Shown one piece after another: positions 6,664 to 8,266 of a stretch of DNA of 8,266 nucleotides; position 1 is the first letter of the stretch, and the number at the start of each line of letters is the position of its first letter. Source of the DNA: a virus (lineage: Duplodnaviria > Heunggongvirae > Uroviricota > Caudoviricetes); the IMG/VR virus record IMGVR_UViG_2740892234_000014; one strand, written 5' to 3'. Made by a program: the position numbers and the translations under genes. The notes beneath the pieces are model-generated. The model ran no database searches and was not told the DNA's origin. It was given only the letters and a program-made list of their open reading frames with translations.

Positions 6664-7178
6664 GTATTCGCGATGAATGGCAGCAATGACCGGGCTGATT
6701 TTTCCTGTTGAATTTTCAGTGTGCTGTTGATTGGTTCTGGCGCGGGCGAGATCAACAACAGACGTGTATTTTCCGGTTTCCTTGCGTTCACCTTCGCGAC
6801 GTTTTTTCCAGATGCGCATTTCTGCCTGAATTTCGGGCCATTTGGCACCAGGCTTACATTTATGCTTAACCCACCCGATGGCATGCAGCTTAAGCTCCGG
6901 ATACATGGCGTTAACTTCTGGCATTTTCATCAACGCTTCAACGATATGTCCGTCGAATGTTGCCATGTCTTCCTGCAACAATTCCTGTGCGCTAATAACC
7001 ATATCAACGGTGATGTTTTCACATGTGTCGAACTTAACCATGACAGCGTTCTGTACTTCAGGGGCCAGCTTGTCAAAAGCGACGTTCATCGGATCTGATT
7101 CAGTCTCAACCGGGACAAAGGAAGCAGCCCCCTCATCCCAGCGGTTTTCCTGCATATATTCAGCATCCCAGGAATCGA
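6664..7178 (-). CDS. Fragment of large gene (..DSWDAEYMQENRWDEGAASFVPVETESDPMNVAFDKLAPEVQNAVMVKFD...KLHAIGWVKHKCKPGAKWPEIQAEMRIWKKRREGERKETGKYTSVVDLARARTNQQ..)
   Basis: Open minus-strand frame across the contig. Its upper end (DSWDAEY) abuts the ..PALDS end of the N-terminal fragment at 7576-7797. No family recognised. Confidence 0.55.
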
Positions 7179-7188
7179 NNNNNNNNNN
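7179..7188. other. Assembly gap (N10)
   Basis: Run of exactly 10 N. Confidence 0.95.
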
Positions 7189-7279
7189 TGACGTTCATCG
7201 GATAGGATTCAGTCTCAACCGGGACAAAAGAAGCAGACTCCTCATCCCAGCGGTTTTCCTGCATATATTCAGCATCCCA

Positions 7280-7289
7280 NNNNNNNNNN
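7280..7289. other. Assembly gap (N10)
   Basis: Run of exactly 10 N. Confidence 0.95.
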
Positions 7290-7382
7290 AGCACCAGGAA
7301 TACATTTATGCTTAACCCACCCAATGGCGTGCAACTTAAGCTCCGGATACATGGCGTTAACTTCTGGCATTTTCATCAACGC

Positions 7383-7392
7383 NNNNNNNNNN
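7383..7392. other. Assembly gap (N10)
   Basis: Run of exactly 10 N. Confidence 0.95.
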
Positions 7393-7565
7393 GGGCAGGG
7401 CGGGGTATACCGGGTTTATCCTCGCAAACAAGAAATTTATAAGCGCAGTCCTGAGCAGCCGGATAATGTTCCAGGAATTGCCAGTGAAATTTTGCTCGAG
7501 CACGGCGTTCGTCGCCAGCTTCAATGGCAGTGGCTACAGCGACTGCACCTTCTTCCTTTATTGCC

Positions 7566-7575
7566 NNNNNNNNNN
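7566..7575. other. Assembly gap (N10)
   Basis: Run of exactly 10 N. Confidence 0.95.
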
Positions 7576-7797
7576 TGAATCGAGGGCAGGGCGGGGTATG
7601 CCAGGTTTATCCTCGCAGACAATAAATTTATAAGCGCAGTCCTGAGCAGCCGGATAATGTTCCAGGAATTGCCAGTGAAATTTTGCGCGGGCGCGACATT
7701 CATCACCGGCTTCAATGGCAGTGGCTACAGCGACTGCACCTTCTTCCTTTATTGCCTGTTCGTCCGGAATGGCGGCGCAAATAAAGACTTTACTCAT
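7576..7797 (-). CDS. N-terminal fragment of large prophage gene (MSKVFICAAIPDEQAIKEEGAVAVATAIEAGDECRARAKFHWQFLEHYPAAQDCAYKFIVCEDKPGIPRPALDS..), positionally equivalent to ydfE of the Qin dicB operon
   Basis: ATG at 7795-7797 with GAGG about 9 nt upstream. Immediately downstream (in transcription order) of the ydfD-like gene. Contig 7393-7565 is a SNP variant of the same segment. The ydfE assignment is from recalled K-12 gene order, not sequence identity. Confidence 0.55.
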
Positions 7798-7889
7798 TTT
7801 GTTTTACCTCATTACAGATTTAAGGGTGAACAAATCCCTGCCATTGCTGGCATATAAGAATGAAATCGGATGTTTATTACGGAACTGTT

Positions 7890-8081
7890 TTAAAGACCTG
7901 CCGGGATTTCGTTATTATCCTGGTGAATAACTTTATCGACCGGGTAACAGTTACCGGGAATTTTCTGTTCGGTTGCTGCAGTCACACACTCCTGCATTGT
8001 CCTGTGAACACTGACTGCAATATCAACTGGCTCTCCGGAAACAAGAAAAACTGTCAGAACAAGTGCAAATGCTGTATTCAT
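7890..8081 (-). CDS. ydfD: YdfD-like small membrane/lysis protein (63 aa; MNTAFALVLTVFLVSGEP...)
   Basis: ATG at 8079-8081 overlaps the dicB stop (ATGA overlap, translational coupling); TAA at 7890-7892. N-terminal hydrophobic helix. Length and sequence match my recollection of Qin-prophage YdfD. The track ORF extends to an upstream ATG at 8135, which is less likely. Confidence 0.7.
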   Translation of the reverse strand: MNTAFALVLTVFLVSGEPVDIAVSVHRTMQECVTAATEQKIPGNCYPVDKVIHQDNNEIPAGL

Positions 8082-8266
8082 TGCCAGCATCCTTTTTGTA
8101 TCGGACGTAAACGGGCCAGCATTGAAAGAATGCATATTTTATTTAATAGCTCCCGTTCGTGTTTTCTCTTGTTAATGGCATCTTCAGTAAATACAGGGTT
8201 ACTGATAGTGACACCAATTTCAAAACAACCTTCAGACGTATTAACGTTTGGTAATAACGTTTCCAT
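8078..8266 (-). CDS. dicB: DicB-like cell-division inhibitor (62 aa)
   Basis: METLLPNVNTSEGCFEIGVTISNPVFTEDAINKRK.ERELLNKICI.SMLARLR matches the recalled Qin DicB sequence over nearly its whole length. ATG at 8264-8266, TGA at 8078-8080. Confidence 0.8.
   Translation of the reverse strand: METLLPNVNTSEGCFEIGVTISNPVFTEDAINKRKHERELLNKICILSMLARLRPIQKGCWQ

Noticed and set aside
4566-7155. Minus-strand track ORFs that read through N runs (4566-4937, 4768-5280, 5148-5414, 5569-5988, 5625-5837, 5843-6172, 6163-6357, 6399-6884, 6553-7155)
   Set aside because: The N10 gaps are of unknown true length and not multiples of 3, so reading frames across them are meaningless; only the within-contig frames were used.
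3913-7315. Other ORFs across the large gene: plus-strand 4131-4367, 4384-4629, 4424-4915, 4575-5177, 4732-5085, 5591-6415, 6186-6452, 6412-6711, 6721-7098, 6842-7315, and minus-strand 3913-4107 (inside the exonuclease gene, other frame)
   Set aside because: Shadow or alternate-frame ORFs of the exonuclease/large gene; many are spliced across N gaps and are Cys/Phe/Leu-rich nonsense typical of wrong-frame translation of GC-rich coding DNA.
3785-7797. Calling the large gene recE (exodeoxyribonuclease VIII)
   Set aside because: The position next to xis/int is RecE-like, but the C-terminal nuclease has DEDDh (DnaQ-type) motifs rather than the PD-(D/E)XK fold of RecE, and no recT follows; left as an unnamed large prophage protein.
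7521-7930. ORFs 7521-7715 (-), 7657-7857 (+), 7715-7930 (+)
   Set aside because: Overlap the N-terminal coding fragment or the ydfD-like gene in other frames or strands, or span a gap; no RBS or motif support.

Overview
This window looks like the int-proximal arm of a Qin-like lambdoid prophage from an Enterobacteriaceae genome (E. coli/Shigella type), carried on a heavily gapped scaffold; all gene identities are from reading the translations and recalled family knowledge, with no database search run. From the right edge leftward on the minus strand: a dicB-like cell-division inhibitor gene and a ydfD-like small lysis gene (translationally coupled), then one very large gene (YdfE-position N-terminus, acidic linkers, a C4 zinc ribbon, C-terminal DEDDh 3'-5' exonuclease domain ending at 3785), then two lambda-family integrase/excisionase modules. 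Module B (1356-3775: xis, int, a DUF2335-like membrane protein and a small signal-peptide ORF) is bracketed by a perfect 47-bp direct repeat (1299-1345 and 3776-3822) that includes the exonuclease stop codon; module A (xis 998-1240, int 1-1020) lies to its left. The strongest candidate for something new is therefore a ~2.4-kb nested mini integrative element with a two-gene cargo of unknown function, but an assembly artefact (two paralogous prophages with alternative int modules) cannot be excluded. Fifteen runs of exactly 10 N split the region 4583-7575 into short contigs that are near-identical allelic variants of one another, indicating at least three paralogous copies of this prophage region in the sample; gene models there are fragments. 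No tRNA, rRNA or CRISPR array was seen.
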